A DNA stretch of 40,087 nt from a virus (taxonomy: Duplodnaviria; Caudoviricetes), in the IMG/VR virus record IMGVR_UViG_3300048886_001026, positions 1 to 40,087 of that record. One strand, 5' to 3'. A model generated the notes under the pieces. That model did not search any database. It was given only the letters and a program-made list of their open reading frames with translations, and had not been told where the DNA came from. The translations under genes and the position numbers were made by a program. Of the stretch, positions 8,089-17,223 are shown piece after piece; position 1 is the first letter of the stretch; each line of letters starts with the position of its first letter.

Positions 8089-8503
8089 GCGCCGGCGCTT
8101 GCGTGCTGTTTTCTACGCGATGCACCGACGCTGCAACGATCGCTTCGATCGCAACTACGGCGGCCGCGGTATCAAGGTCACCCCGCGCTGGCACCACTTC
8201 GAGAACTGGCTCAAGGACATGGGCCCCAGGCCCTACGGCGCCGCCATGGGCCGCCTGGACGTCGATGGCGACTACACCCCCGAGAACTGTGTCTGGCGCG
8301 ACGCGTCGGTCCAGGCGCGCAGCATGCGCCCTCGTGGGAAGTCTGGGGTGATCGGCGTGTCGCCCACACCCAGCGGCCGCTGGCGCGCGGACATGAAGGT
8401 CAACCACCAGCTGAACTACCTGGGCACCTTCGACACGATCGAGGAGGCGGCCCTGGCACGCCGGCGTTTTGAGCAGGAGGTAGCCAATGCACAAACTATC
8501 TGA
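8009..8503 (+). CDS. HNH-like/AP2 domain protein, catalytically degenerate; start uncertain
   Basis: [14 protein letters not shown]...DMG...[10 protein letters not shown] followed by AP2 domain [26 protein letters not shown]. Confidence 0.8.
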   Translation: MKCDNTVAKSTSSTASSTWIQSLTSTERRRLRAVFYAMHRRCNDRFDRNYGGRGIKVTPRWHHFENWLKDMGPRPYGAAMGRLDVDGDYTPENCVWRDASVQARSMRPRGKSGVIGVSPTPSGRWRADMKVNHQLNYLGTFDTIEEAALARRRFEQEVANAQTI

Positions 8504-9833
8504 CCTGACCCCGGAGCAGGTAGAGGCCGTCGACCACCTGTACATGAAGGACCAGACGCTGCTGATCGCCAAGGTCGGCTTCGGCAAATGTATCGTGTCG
8601 ATGACCGCCCTGGACGAGTTGCACCTGGACGGCGTCCTGGAGAAGCAAACCCTGGTGCTGGCGCCGCTGCGCGTGTGTGAGCTCACCTGGGGCACGGAGA
8701 AGGACAACTGGGACCACATCCGTGTGGACGTAGCGATCGCCACCGGCGACGCTGCGGCGCGCTCTGCGGCCGTCGAGTCGGGCGCTGCGATCGTGGTGAC
8801 CAACTTCGAGAACGCCGTGTGGATGATCGAGAACTACGGCGACCGCTTCGACTCCCTGCTGATCGACGAGATTAGCAAACTGAAGGCCGTGGGTGGCACC
8901 GTGGTTAAGAAGCTGCGCAAGTGGGTGCGCGGGCTGAAGTGGCGCTGCGGCATGTCTGGCACGCCGATCGCCGAGAAGCTCGAGGACATCTACGCCCAGG
9001 CCCTGTTGCTGGACGACGGTGCGGCGTTGGGCACGCGTAAGGCCGGCTTCAAGCAGAAATACTTCACCCCCATCGACTACAACCAACACCAGTGGGAGCC
9101 CAGGCCCGGGGCCGTCGACGAGATCGCCAACTTGTTGCGCGATCTGGTGTTCGTCGCTGACGACGCCAAGTATTGGGCGGAGCTGCCGCCGGTGGTGGAC
9201 GAGATCATCGAGCTGGTGCCCCCGGACCATGTGCGCAAGTTCTACGAGGAGATGGCGTCGCACAGTGTGATCGAGTACGCCGGCGAGACGGTGGCCGCGG
9301 TCAACGCCGCGGTGCAGAAGGGCAAGTGCCACCAGCTGGCCAACGGGGGTGTGTACGACGACAACGGCGACCTGCTGTTCGACTATACCCAGTTCAAGCA
9401 ACAGGCCCTGGAGGACGTCCTGGTGGAGGTAGGCGGGCCGGTGATGATCGTGTACCAGTTCACCTTCGAGCTGGCGTGGCTGCGCCGCCGCTTTCCCTAC
9501 GCCCCCGTGCTGGGCGAGGGGCAGTCGTGCTCGCCTGAACTGATCGCAGAATGGAACCAGGGGGACCACCCTGCACTGATCATGCACCCCAAATCTGCAG
9601 CCCATGGCTTGAATTTGCAGTACGGTAGCTCTACCCTGGTCCATCTCTCACCCGTCTGGGGCGCCGACCCCTGGGCTCAGTGCCTGGGGCGCTTGCGTCG
9701 GCGTGGTACCCCAGCGGGTGAGATTACCCGTTATATTCTGGTGACCGTTGAGACTGTGGAAGAGGAGATACTGGCGCGTATGGACGAGAAGGAAGAGAAC
9801 GAGGCCGTGGGGATGAAAGCCCTTGGCCGCTAG
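8487..9833 (+). CDS. SNF2-like superfamily 2 helicase
   Basis: Motif I VGFGK, Ia [43 protein letters not shown]. Confidence 0.92.
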   Translation: MHKLSDLTPEQVEAVDHLYMKDQTLLIAKVGFGKCIVSMTALDELHLDGVLEKQTLVLAPLRVCELTWGTEKDNWDHIRVDVAIATGDAAARSAAVESGAAIVVTNFENAVWMIENYGDRFDSLLIDEISKLKAVGGTVVKKLRKWVRGLKWRCGMSGTPIAEKLEDIYAQALLLDDGAALGTRKAGFKQKYFTPIDYNQHQWEPRPGAVDEIANLLRDLVFVADDAKYWAELPPVVDEIIELVPPDHVRKFYEEMASHSVIEYAGETVAAVNAAVQKGKCHQLANGGVYDDNGDLLFDYTQFKQQALEDVLVEVGGPVMIVYQFTFELAWLRRRFPYAPVLGEGQSCSPELIAEWNQGDHPALIMHPKSAAHGLNLQYGSSTLVHLSPVWGADPWAQCLGRLRRRGTPAGEITRYILVTVETVEEEILARMDEKEENEAVGMKALGR

Positions 9834-9865
9834 AAATAAAAAGCCCGCCTTGCGGCGGGCTTCTT
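9834..9865. terminator. Bidirectional intrinsic terminator, stronger on the minus strand
   Basis: AAGCCCGCC-TTGC-GGCGGGCTT perfect stem; TTCTT on the plus strand, TTTTTATTT on the minus strand. Confidence 0.85.
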
Positions 9866-9955
9866 ACGCTGTGGGAACCACCCCGCAGCTAACCGAGGAA
9901 ACACAACAACTGAGATTGTGCACCCACCCCCTTCAGCAAAAAGGTAGCGAGTGAT

Positions 9956-10906
9956 ATGAACGATACACAAGTAGACACCACTGTACAACCCCAAGATGTT
10001 GGCCCCGTCGAGTTCCTGGCGGCGGTCTTTCCTCCTGACCTGATGGCCGACGACGAGGTCGTCCTGGTCGGCTACCCTGACAGCTTCGAGGCCGAGGACG
10101 GCCGCGTTGTCTCCTACCACAAGCACCTTCGCGCATCGCGTGCCAAACGCCGTCTGGTGGAGCAGAAGGAAGGCTGGCTGTACTGCGTCTCCTCTGTTCG
10201 CAACCCGGGCCCTGGTGGCAAACTGCGTGCGCGGCTCCAGGACGTCCACACAGCCTACGTGCTCGTGTGCGATGACGTGGGGACCAAGGCCAAGGTGCCG
10301 CCCGCAGAGCCCTCCTACGTCCTGGAGACGTCCCCAGGCAACTACCAGTACGGCTTCCTCCTGGACCCGCTCAACGTGAGCAATCGCGAGGGGCAGGCCC
10401 TGTTCGACGGCTGCCTCCTGGCCCTGGCCAACGCTGGCTACAACGACGCCGGCTGCCGCAGCGCCTCGCGCAAGGTGAAGCTGCCCGGTGCGATCCACAA
10501 GTCGGGCTTCGTCGCCAGGATTGTGACGTGGGCGCCTGACGTCGTGTATGGCCTGGAGGAGCTCATGGCCGAGATGGGCGTGGAGCCCGTGAAGCAGCGC
10601 CGTCGAGGCGGTGCCATGGACCCCGACTACCAGGGCGTCGCCCTGGGCGATGTCATGGACCCGGTGATGGACTGGCTCAGCACCAACTGGACGACGTACG
10701 GCCACAACGACGAGTGGGTCTATATCGAGTGCCCCTGGCGCTCAACACACACCGACGCGGAGCAGGGGCACTCCAGCACCGCGTACTCACCGCGCGGCTA
10801 CGGCTTCCCCGGCGCCGCGTTCAAGTGCATGCACGGCCACTGCGCCGGTCGCACCACTGCCACTTTCCTGACTGAAATCAACCGACTGAGGAATTTACGC
10901 AAATGA
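9956..10906 (+). CDS. RepB-type (AEP superfamily) DNA primase with C-terminal Zn-binding domain
   Basis: LVCDDVGTK, PSYVLETSPGNYQYGF, KLPG motifs; CPW...H...CMHGHC. Confidence 0.85.
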   Translation: MNDTQVDTTVQPQDVGPVEFLAAVFPPDLMADDEVVLVGYPDSFEAEDGRVVSYHKHLRASRAKRRLVEQKEGWLYCVSSVRNPGPGGKLRARLQDVHTAYVLVCDDVGTKAKVPPAEPSYVLETSPGNYQYGFLLDPLNVSNREGQALFDGCLLALANAGYNDAGCRSASRKVKLPGAIHKSGFVARIVTWAPDVVYGLEELMAEMGVEPVKQRRRGGAMDPDYQGVALGDVMDPVMDWLSTNWTTYGHNDEWVYIECPWRSTHTDAEQGHSSTAYSPRGYGFPGAAFKCMHGHCAGRTTATFLTEINRLRNLRK

Positions 10907-12246
10907 TCTACGACCTACCAACCCCCGACGGCTTCGGCCTGCCTGACGCCCAGCTCGACGCCGAAGGGCGTCTGAAACCCGCCCAGCTGGCCACCGTGCG
11001 CAACATGCGCTACATCCTGGAGTCGGTCGACATCCGGTGCCGGCTCGACGTGATGTCGGCCCAGCGCCGCTACGACAGCCCCGGGAAGACACACCCGGAC
11101 CCCCGCGACGACGCCGAGGCCGACTACCTGGAGAACGAGCTCCTGGACGTCTGCACGCGACTGAACATCCGCAGCCGCGAGGTGATGCGCGAGCACATCG
11201 CCGCGCTGGCGAACCTGGACCGCTACCACCCCATGGAGGAGTGGCTCAACGGCCTGGACGAGTGGAACGAGGGCGACCACGACCACATCGGCGATCTGGT
11301 GGCGTCGATCACCACCGAGACGCCCCTGGCCGACGTGCTGATCCGCAAGTGGTTGATCCAATGTATTGAGAGCGTATGCGGCTGGCGCGACGCCGACGAC
11401 CGTTCAATCCCCCACGTCCTGGTCCTGGCCGGCGGGCAGGGCGTGGGCAAGACACACTGGCTGCGCAACCTGGGTGGTCAGTGGATACTGAACGAGGCGG
11501 AGCTGCACCTGAACACAGCCGGCAGCAAGGACCACCAGATCACGGCCCTGAAGTACCCCATCGTGGAGCTGTCAGAGCTCGACGGCATCTTTCGCAAATC
11601 CGACATGTCGCACATGAAATCGTTCATCAGCCGCTCCACAGATTCGCTGCGAGCGCCCTACGAGCGCAAGGCCTTGGTGCGGCCCAGGATGACGTCCTTC
11701 GCCGGGTCCGTGAACGACACCAACTACCTGACCGACGACACCGGCTCGCGGCGTTTCTGGACCATCATGGTGGACGCGATCGACTGGGATGCCGACGTCG
11801 ATATGGCGGGGGTGTGGTCGCAGGCCTTCACCCTGTGGCTGTCAGAGGTGCCCTTCCACCTGAGTGAGGAAGAGGAGAAAGTGCGGGCCGAGAACGCAGA
11901 GGAGAACCACACGGCGCAGTCGCAGATCGCGGATACCATCAACGGTTATCTCGACGTCCACACCGGTCACCCGGCCCACACGCCGGCGCCGATGAACGTC
12001 ACCGAGGTGATGGAAATGTTGTTCGGAGCTCACTCGCGACACTCGCCCAGGGACCTCAGCGAGGCCAGAAAGGTTCTCGAAAAGAGGATCGGCAAGGCGA
12101 GAAAGGTATCAGGTAAGCAGCGGTGTTGGATGATCCCTTACAGTCAGGGCGCAGATAATAAGGACAGATGGCCCAAAAAATCAGGTAGTATCACCACGTT
12201 ATCACTAGTACCTGATACCGCGGAGCCCCCAGAGGACAAGGGATAG
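10903..12246 (+). CDS. VirE/VapE-like P-loop helicase (primase partner)
   Basis: Walker A GGQGVGKT, ELSEL, RAPY, FAGSVN, LTDDTGSRRFW; ATGA coupling to the primase. Confidence 0.9.
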   Translation: MIYDLPTPDGFGLPDAQLDAEGRLKPAQLATVRNMRYILESVDIRCRLDVMSAQRRYDSPGKTHPDPRDDAEADYLENELLDVCTRLNIRSREVMREHIAALANLDRYHPMEEWLNGLDEWNEGDHDHIGDLVASITTETPLADVLIRKWLIQCIESVCGWRDADDRSIPHVLVLAGGQGVGKTHWLRNLGGQWILNEAELHLNTAGSKDHQITALKYPIVELSELDGIFRKSDMSHMKSFISRSTDSLRAPYERKALVRPRMTSFAGSVNDTNYLTDDTGSRRFWTIMVDAIDWDADVDMAGVWSQAFTLWLSEVPFHLSEEEEKVRAENAEENHTAQSQIADTINGYLDVHTGHPAHTPAPMNVTEVMEMLFGAHSRHSPRDLSEARKVLEKRIGKARKVSGKQRCWMIPYSQGADNKDRWPKKSGSITTLSLVPDTAEPPEDKG

Positions 12247-12252
12247 AGGGGT

Positions 12253-12351
12253 GGTATCACCAGTATCACCATATAATGGCAAAACATGATATACATACAC
12301 ATATTAGACTCTATAAGTGTTTTGCCGATTACTGATGATCCTGGTGATACC
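12253..12351. other. Large imperfect palindrome with AT-rich core; candidate origin, pac site or late control region
   Basis: GGTATCACCAG(12253-63)/CTGGTGATACC(12341-51) and GGCAAAACA(12278-86)/TGTTTTGCC(12318-26); repeated TATCAC; TATAAT at 12272. Confidence 0.65.
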
Positions 12352-12402
12352 GCGGGCGAGACGTGCGGGCGAGCCCGCCAAAATTTATGAGGAGGCCGAG
12401 AT

Positions 12403-12945
12403 ATGGCAGACGACGAAAACTATCTCAAGCCCGAGATAATGCGCAACGAGGGCGAGCCGCGAACGCGGCGCCCAGTTCCCACGCACCAGGATTATCCAGA
12501 CCTGGGCGTCAACGAGCACGAGACGCGATCTCGGGCCCCAGATCAAACGATCCGGGTTGTCGGGTACCAACCCCACTACCTTGCCGTGGTCGAGGCCCTG
12601 GCGCCCGAGAGGGCGACCATGGCGGGCATCGCTGACGCGTTGGGCACGTACGTCGGGCAGGTGATCCGATTCATGGAGGGGCAGGTGGAGTTCCGCCACG
12701 CGGTCCTGATGGCCAACCAGCGCGCCCAGGTGTGGTGGGAGAGGCAGCTGACCGCCCAGGCAGCCGCGGGCGACATGGCCGCCATTAAGTTTGCGATGAC
12801 TAACATGTTCCCCGAGGACTACAAGGATCGACGCGAGCACAACGTCAACGTGGCCGACGTCCTGGAGATGGAGCTGATCGACTTCACCGGGTACGATGGC
12901 GACACCGTCGACGCTGAGTACGAGGAGGTGCCCGATGAGAGCTAG
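12403..12945 (+). CDS. terS: Terminase small subunit
   Basis: HTH (TMAGIADALG), AIKFAMTNMFPEDYKDRRE motif; directly upstream of TerL; GGAGG SD. Confidence 0.75.
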   Translation: MADDENYLKPEIMRNEGEPRTRRPVPTHQDYPDLGVNEHETRSRAPDQTIRVVGYQPHYLAVVEALAPERATMAGIADALGTYVGQVIRFMEGQVEFRHAVLMANQRAQVWWERQLTAQAAAGDMAAIKFAMTNMFPEDYKDRREHNVNVADVLEMELIDFTGYDGDTVDAEYEEVPDES

Positions 12946-14425
12946 GCCGCCCAGAGAGCCCGGAGACAGCCCGGTACGCAAGAAACTCAACTACAAGCCC
13001 CAGGGCCCGGTCATGGCCGAGTTCCACCGTGTACGCGACCAGTACGACGTCCGTGGCATTGTCGGCCCCCTGGGCTCGTCCAAGACCTTCGGCGCCATCA
13101 ACGAGATGCTGCTGTTCAGTCACAACCAATCAGTTGGGCTCGACGGCGTGCGCAAGTCGCGGTGGTGCGTGGCGCGTAACAGCTTCCCGGACCTGAACGC
13201 AGCGACGATCCCCGACGTGCGCAGCATCGTCGACAAGATCAACCCGGACGGCTGGCGGATGGCCGCACCGATCTCCTGGCACCACCGCTACCCACGCCAG
13301 GACGGCACCGAGGTGGAGATCGAGATACAGTTCCGGTCCTTCGACGGACCCCAGGACGATCGCAAGGCCCGGGGCATGCAGCTCACTGGCGTGTGGATCG
13401 ACGAGGCAGGCGAGTTCGTCAAGAAGAACCTGGACATGCTCCTGGGCCGTGTCGGTCGCTACCCGGTCAAGGTCGACACCCCCAACGCCAAGTTCACCGC
13501 CCTGCTCACCTCCAACGCCGTCGCACGCGATCACTGGATGGCCAAGGCCTGCCTGGGTAAGCCACAGCCTGGATGGTGGTGGGGTATCCAGCCCGGTGGT
13601 GTGATCCGCCAGGGCGACACCTGGGTCACCAACCCCGCGGCCGAGAACCTGCGCAACCTGCCAGACGGTTACTACACCAAGCAGCTTGCCAACAAAAAAG
13701 AATCGTGGATTAGGCAGAACCTCGCGAATGAATTTGTAGTGCACTCGGACGGCCGCGCGATCCATCCAGACTTTAGCGAGACGATGCACGTCCGCCCGCT
13801 GAGCTACAACCCAGGCCTGCCGATCTACCTGGGAATGGACTGGGGCCGCACACCCGCGGCTGTCGTCGCCCAGCAGTACCCGAACGGGTCCTGGCGCGTC
13901 CTGCGCGAGATATGCCTCACCAACGCCGGCGCCGATAAGCTGGGCACCCGGGTCAAGACCGTACTCAACGCCGAGTTCGACGGGGCCAAGATCGCCAACA
14001 GCACGGGCGACCCGGCAGGCACAGCCATGGCACAGACGCGAGACGAGACGCCCTTCGAGCTGTTCGAGCTCAAGTCAGGCATCCCGACGCTACCCGCATC
14101 GACCAACGATCCCGAGACGCGCTACGCCGTCCTGGACGACCAGCTGTCCAAGCTGATCGAGGGTGAGCCGGCTATCCTGATCGACCCCAGCTGCGAGCTG
14201 CTGATCCGCGGCTTGGCTGGCGAGTACGAGTTCCGCCGCATCCAGGTGAGCAACCGCGAGGAGTACAAAGACACGCCCAGCAAGGGGCCCACCAGCCATA
14301 TCTGCGAGGCGCTGCACTACCTGCTAATGGGCGCAGGTGAGGGCGAGGCCTTGTTCAACAGCGCCGATGATGGTATGTTCGACGAAATTGACTCTTGGGC
14401 CCAGCCCGATTACCTCTACGAGTAG
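12935..14425 (+). CDS. terL: Terminase large subunit
   Basis: Walker A GPLGSSKT, Walker B VWIDEA, nuclease LGMDWG, GDPAG, SHICEALHY; ATG at 12935 with GGAGG SD. Confidence 0.95.
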   Translation: MRARPPREPGDSPVRKKLNYKPQGPVMAEFHRVRDQYDVRGIVGPLGSSKTFGAINEMLLFSHNQSVGLDGVRKSRWCVARNSFPDLNAATIPDVRSIVDKINPDGWRMAAPISWHHRYPRQDGTEVEIEIQFRSFDGPQDDRKARGMQLTGVWIDEAGEFVKKNLDMLLGRVGRYPVKVDTPNAKFTALLTSNAVARDHWMAKACLGKPQPGWWWGIQPGGVIRQGDTWVTNPAAENLRNLPDGYYTKQLANKKESWIRQNLANEFVVHSDGRAIHPDFSETMHVRPLSYNPGLPIYLGMDWGRTPAAVVAQQYPNGSWRVLREICLTNAGADKLGTRVKTVLNAEFDGAKIANSTGDPAGTAMAQTRDETPFELFELKSGIPTLPASTNDPETRYAVLDDQLSKLIEGEPAILIDPSCELLIRGLAGEYEFRRIQVSNREEYKDTPSKGPTSHICEALHYLLMGAGEGEALFNSADDGMFDEIDSWAQPDYLYE

Positions 14426-14434
14426 GAGCGCGAC

Positions 14435-14611
14435 ATGTCTCACAAGGTCACCCTGAACGACGAAAAGCTCAAGAGCCTGGAGGCCATCACCGGCCCCCGC
14501 TGGCCTACTGTCAAAAGAATTTTGGGCATTAAGAATCCAGAGCCCGTCGAACCGGAGCCCGAGACACCCGTCGATCCTGAGCCTCTCGTCGATCCTGAGC
14601 CCGCCGAGTAA
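14435..14611 (+). CDS. Small protein with Pro/Glu repeat tail (58 aa), not in ORF track
   Basis: Manual translation MSHKVTLNDEKLKSLEAITGPRWPTVKRILGIKNPEPVEPEPETPVDPEPLVDPEPAE; AGGAG SD. Confidence 0.75.
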   Translation: MSHKVTLNDEKLKSLEAITGPRWPTVKRILGIKNPEPVEPEPETPVDPEPLVDPEPAE

Positions 14612-14628
14612 CCCGGTAGGGGCCGCAC

Positions 14629-16695
14629 ATGACAAGCAAATCCACCCTGGTTGGTGTCCTCGAAAACCAGCTCACCGAGTCAGAGGCGGCGTCCTCCGAG
14701 ACGGGTGAGCAACGGGAGCGCAACCACCGCTACTTCGCGATGGGCGCCCTGGGTAACGAGCAGCGCGGCCGCAGCCACCACATCTCACCCGACGTCCTGG
14801 ACGCGGTCGAGAGCAAGAAGGCGATCTTCAGCGAGACGTTCCTCTCAGCCAGGGACGTCGTCGAGTTCACCGACTGCCCCTACCCCATGGAAGCGGAGGC
14901 CAAGACGGCCTACGTCAACCGCACCATGAAGCGCAACAAGTACCACCGTCTCTTCCGTGACGCGTGGCACGACGCCCTGGTGGCGAAGCGTTGCGTGGTC
15001 CTGGCGGAGTGGGAAGAGGAGCCCGAGACACTGACCACCATGGTCCAGGGCGCGCCCCTGCCGGCCATGGTGATGTCCTTGGAGCAACAGGGCATCGACC
15101 CCAGCACCCTGGACACATCGCAGGCCCAGGTGCAGCGCAGCATCACCACCGGCGGCATCCAGGTCGACGTGATCACGGGGCCGATCTCAGTCGAGCGCCC
15201 AGCGGGCTACGTCAAGTACACCCTGGTGCAGCCCGAACGCTACTACCGCGATCCTGATGCAGCCTACAACGACCAGAGCCAGTGGGAGACGATCGCGGAA
15301 GACATCTCCCGCGGCGCACTGATCGAGATGGGCTTCGACGAGGCCCAGGTCCTGGGGCTCAATCGCGAGCACCGATTCCGCAACAGCGAGGAGGACAGCG
15401 CGCGCAAGCACCACGACCGATCCTTCACTCGCCAGCGCTCCCAGAACCGTGTCGACGTCCAGGAGACAGTGGGTTACTTCCGCACCTGGACGTGGCTCAA
15501 CTACGATAACGAAACCTTCGGCGACCTGGAGTTGGGCTTCGAGGCACCAGAGGGCTATGCGCTCTATGAGATTCACTGGTCTTCCGGTGAAATCCTGGAG
15601 CGCGACGGCGTCCCCGCGATCCGTGTGGTCGAGGAGTCGGGTATCTTCGAGTGGACCGAGATGAAAATCTCCCACGCCGAGAGTGGCATGTGTACCTCCG
15701 ACGTGCAGGCCCACACCCAGAAGACCAGCAGCGTCCTCAAGCGCCTGATCATCGACAACCAGCAGATCGCCAACAGCTCCCGCCTGGGCGTCCTGGTTGG
15801 CGGCCTGAAGAACCCCCGCGACCTCCTGGAGAATCGTATCGGGGCGCCGCTGTGGATGAACCGCCCCGACGCCCTGCGAGACATCCCCACGCCGCAGCTG
15901 AGCCCGCTCACCTTCCAGGCCCTGGCCATGCTGAAGGATGACGGCCAAGCGCGTTCAGGTATGAACGATCTGGCCAAGGGCATGAACACTGACGCGGTGC
16001 GCTACCAGAACGCCGACAACATGATCGAGCGCCTGACCACAGCCGGCCAGCGCCGGGTGACCATGGCCGCGCGAGACTTCGCCAACACCTTCTTGGTGCC
16101 GCTGTCGCAGTACACCGTCAAGCTGGCGATGGAACACGACAAGAGCCAGGACGTGATGGAAGTCGCAGGCCAGCAGGTGCCGATCGCACCCAGCACATGG
16201 CAGGACGACACCCTGGGAATGGACGTCGCGGTAGCGCTCACCCCCGAAGAGGGGCAGCGGATGTCGCAGCACCTCCTACTCATGCACGGTCTGATGAAAG
16301 AGGACCAGGACATGGCCCTCTCGTACGGCGCCGCTCAGAAGCACGCGCTGTTCGACATGGTGTTCGAGCTGATCGGTGTCAGTGACACCACCCAGGTGAT
16401 GTTGTCACCGAACGATCCGCGCTACGCCCAGGCCGCACAGCAGCGCTCCCAGGCGCAGATGGCGCAGGCCCAGGAGCAGAAGAAAGTCACCGACGCCCAG
16501 GTGCGCAACCTGGACGCCCAGGGCCAGGGGCTGTTCCAGTCGAACCAGCTCAAGGCCGCCGAATTGGAGTGGAAGCGGACCAACGAAATGGCAGACAACC
16601 TGCGCGCAGACGACGAGCTGGATCATCAGAAGCAGGTGGACAAGGAGAAGCTGGAAATTGACCGCGATAAACTCAGCAGCAACAGCACGCATTAA
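14629..16695 (+). CDS. Portal protein (podovirus type with C-terminal helical barrel)
   Basis: 688 aa after TerL; GNEQRGRS, DALVAK, SGM..LAKG motifs; Gln-rich coiled-coil C-terminus. Confidence 0.88.
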   Translation: MTSKSTLVGVLENQLTESEAASSETGEQRERNHRYFAMGALGNEQRGRSHHISPDVLDAVESKKAIFSETFLSARDVVEFTDCPYPMEAEAKTAYVNRTMKRNKYHRLFRDAWHDALVAKRCVVLAEWEEEPETLTTMVQGAPLPAMVMSLEQQGIDPSTLDTSQAQVQRSITTGGIQVDVITGPISVERPAGYVKYTLVQPERYYRDPDAAYNDQSQWETIAEDISRGALIEMGFDEAQVLGLNREHRFRNSEEDSARKHHDRSFTRQRSQNRVDVQETVGYFRTWTWLNYDNETFGDLELGFEAPEGYALYEIHWSSGEILERDGVPAIRVVEESGIFEWTEMKISHAESGMCTSDVQAHTQKTSSVLKRLIIDNQQIANSSRLGVLVGGLKNPRDLLENRIGAPLWMNRPDALRDIPTPQLSPLTFQALAMLKDDGQARSGMNDLAKGMNTDAVRYQNADNMIERLTTAGQRRVTMAARDFANTFLVPLSQYTVKLAMEHDKSQDVMEVAGQQVPIAPSTWQDDTLGMDVAVALTPEEGQRMSQHLLLMHGLMKEDQDMALSYGAAQKHALFDMVFELIGVSDTTQVMLSPNDPRYAQAAQQRSQAQMAQAQEQKKVTDAQVRNLDAQGQGLFQSNQLKAAELEWKRTNEMADNLRADDELDHQKQVDKEKLEIDRDKLSSNSTH

Positions 16696-16781
16696 TGCGC
16701 TGAAAGCTAAACAAACCGCGGTGCCCAAGGTCACAAAGGACATGGCACCGCAAGTAGCAGGGGCCATACGGAGACGAGAAA

Positions 16782-17186
16782 ATGACCCAGAACGGCACGC
16801 AAACATCGCAAGGCGGAACCTCGCAAAGCGAGTCACAAACTCAAGAGCAGTTGCAGCGGATGCTGCAAGTGGGGAACGACGCGTCGATCCTCCTCAACAG
16901 CCCAGTGTACAATCTGGCCTACCAACAGCTGATCCAGCAAAAGTTCGAGGAGTGGATGGCGACGGACCCCAAAGAAGAGCGAAAGCGCGAAAGCCTGTAC
17001 CATCAGGTGAAGGGGCTAGTGAACATGACAGAAAACCTGTCCGCCGCCGTCGAAGACGCCCAACGAATCCTGGAGGAGCAGCACCAGGAGAGTGACCCAG
17101 AATACCGGCGCCGCCAGTACCAGGACGCCCAAGGTTTCGACCTGGACTTCGGCCAGAACGGCCGGGGCCCGGACTTTAACCACTAA
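16782..17186 (+). CDS. Hypothetical head-region protein (134 aa)
   Basis: Helical ORF between portal and scaffold (W..T...E..KRE.LY pattern); GGAG SD. Confidence 0.8.
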   Translation: MTQNGTQTSQGGTSQSESQTQEQLQRMLQVGNDASILLNSPVYNLAYQQLIQQKFEEWMATDPKEERKRESLYHQVKGLVNMTENLSAAVEDAQRILEEQHQESDPEYRRRQYQDAQGFDLDFGQNGRGPDFNH

Positions 17187-17223
17187 ACCGTAATTGGTTG
17201 TATAGCTCACACAGGAGAGTACA

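Noticed and set aside
10903-12246. Virulence-associated protein E as a virulence factor
   Set aside because: The family name is historical; motifs and coupling to the primase indicate a replicative helicase
12255-12350. TATCACC resembles the lambda CI/Cro operator half-site
   Set aside because: No 17-bp operator geometry and no CI/Cro-like gene; treated as part of the palindrome instead
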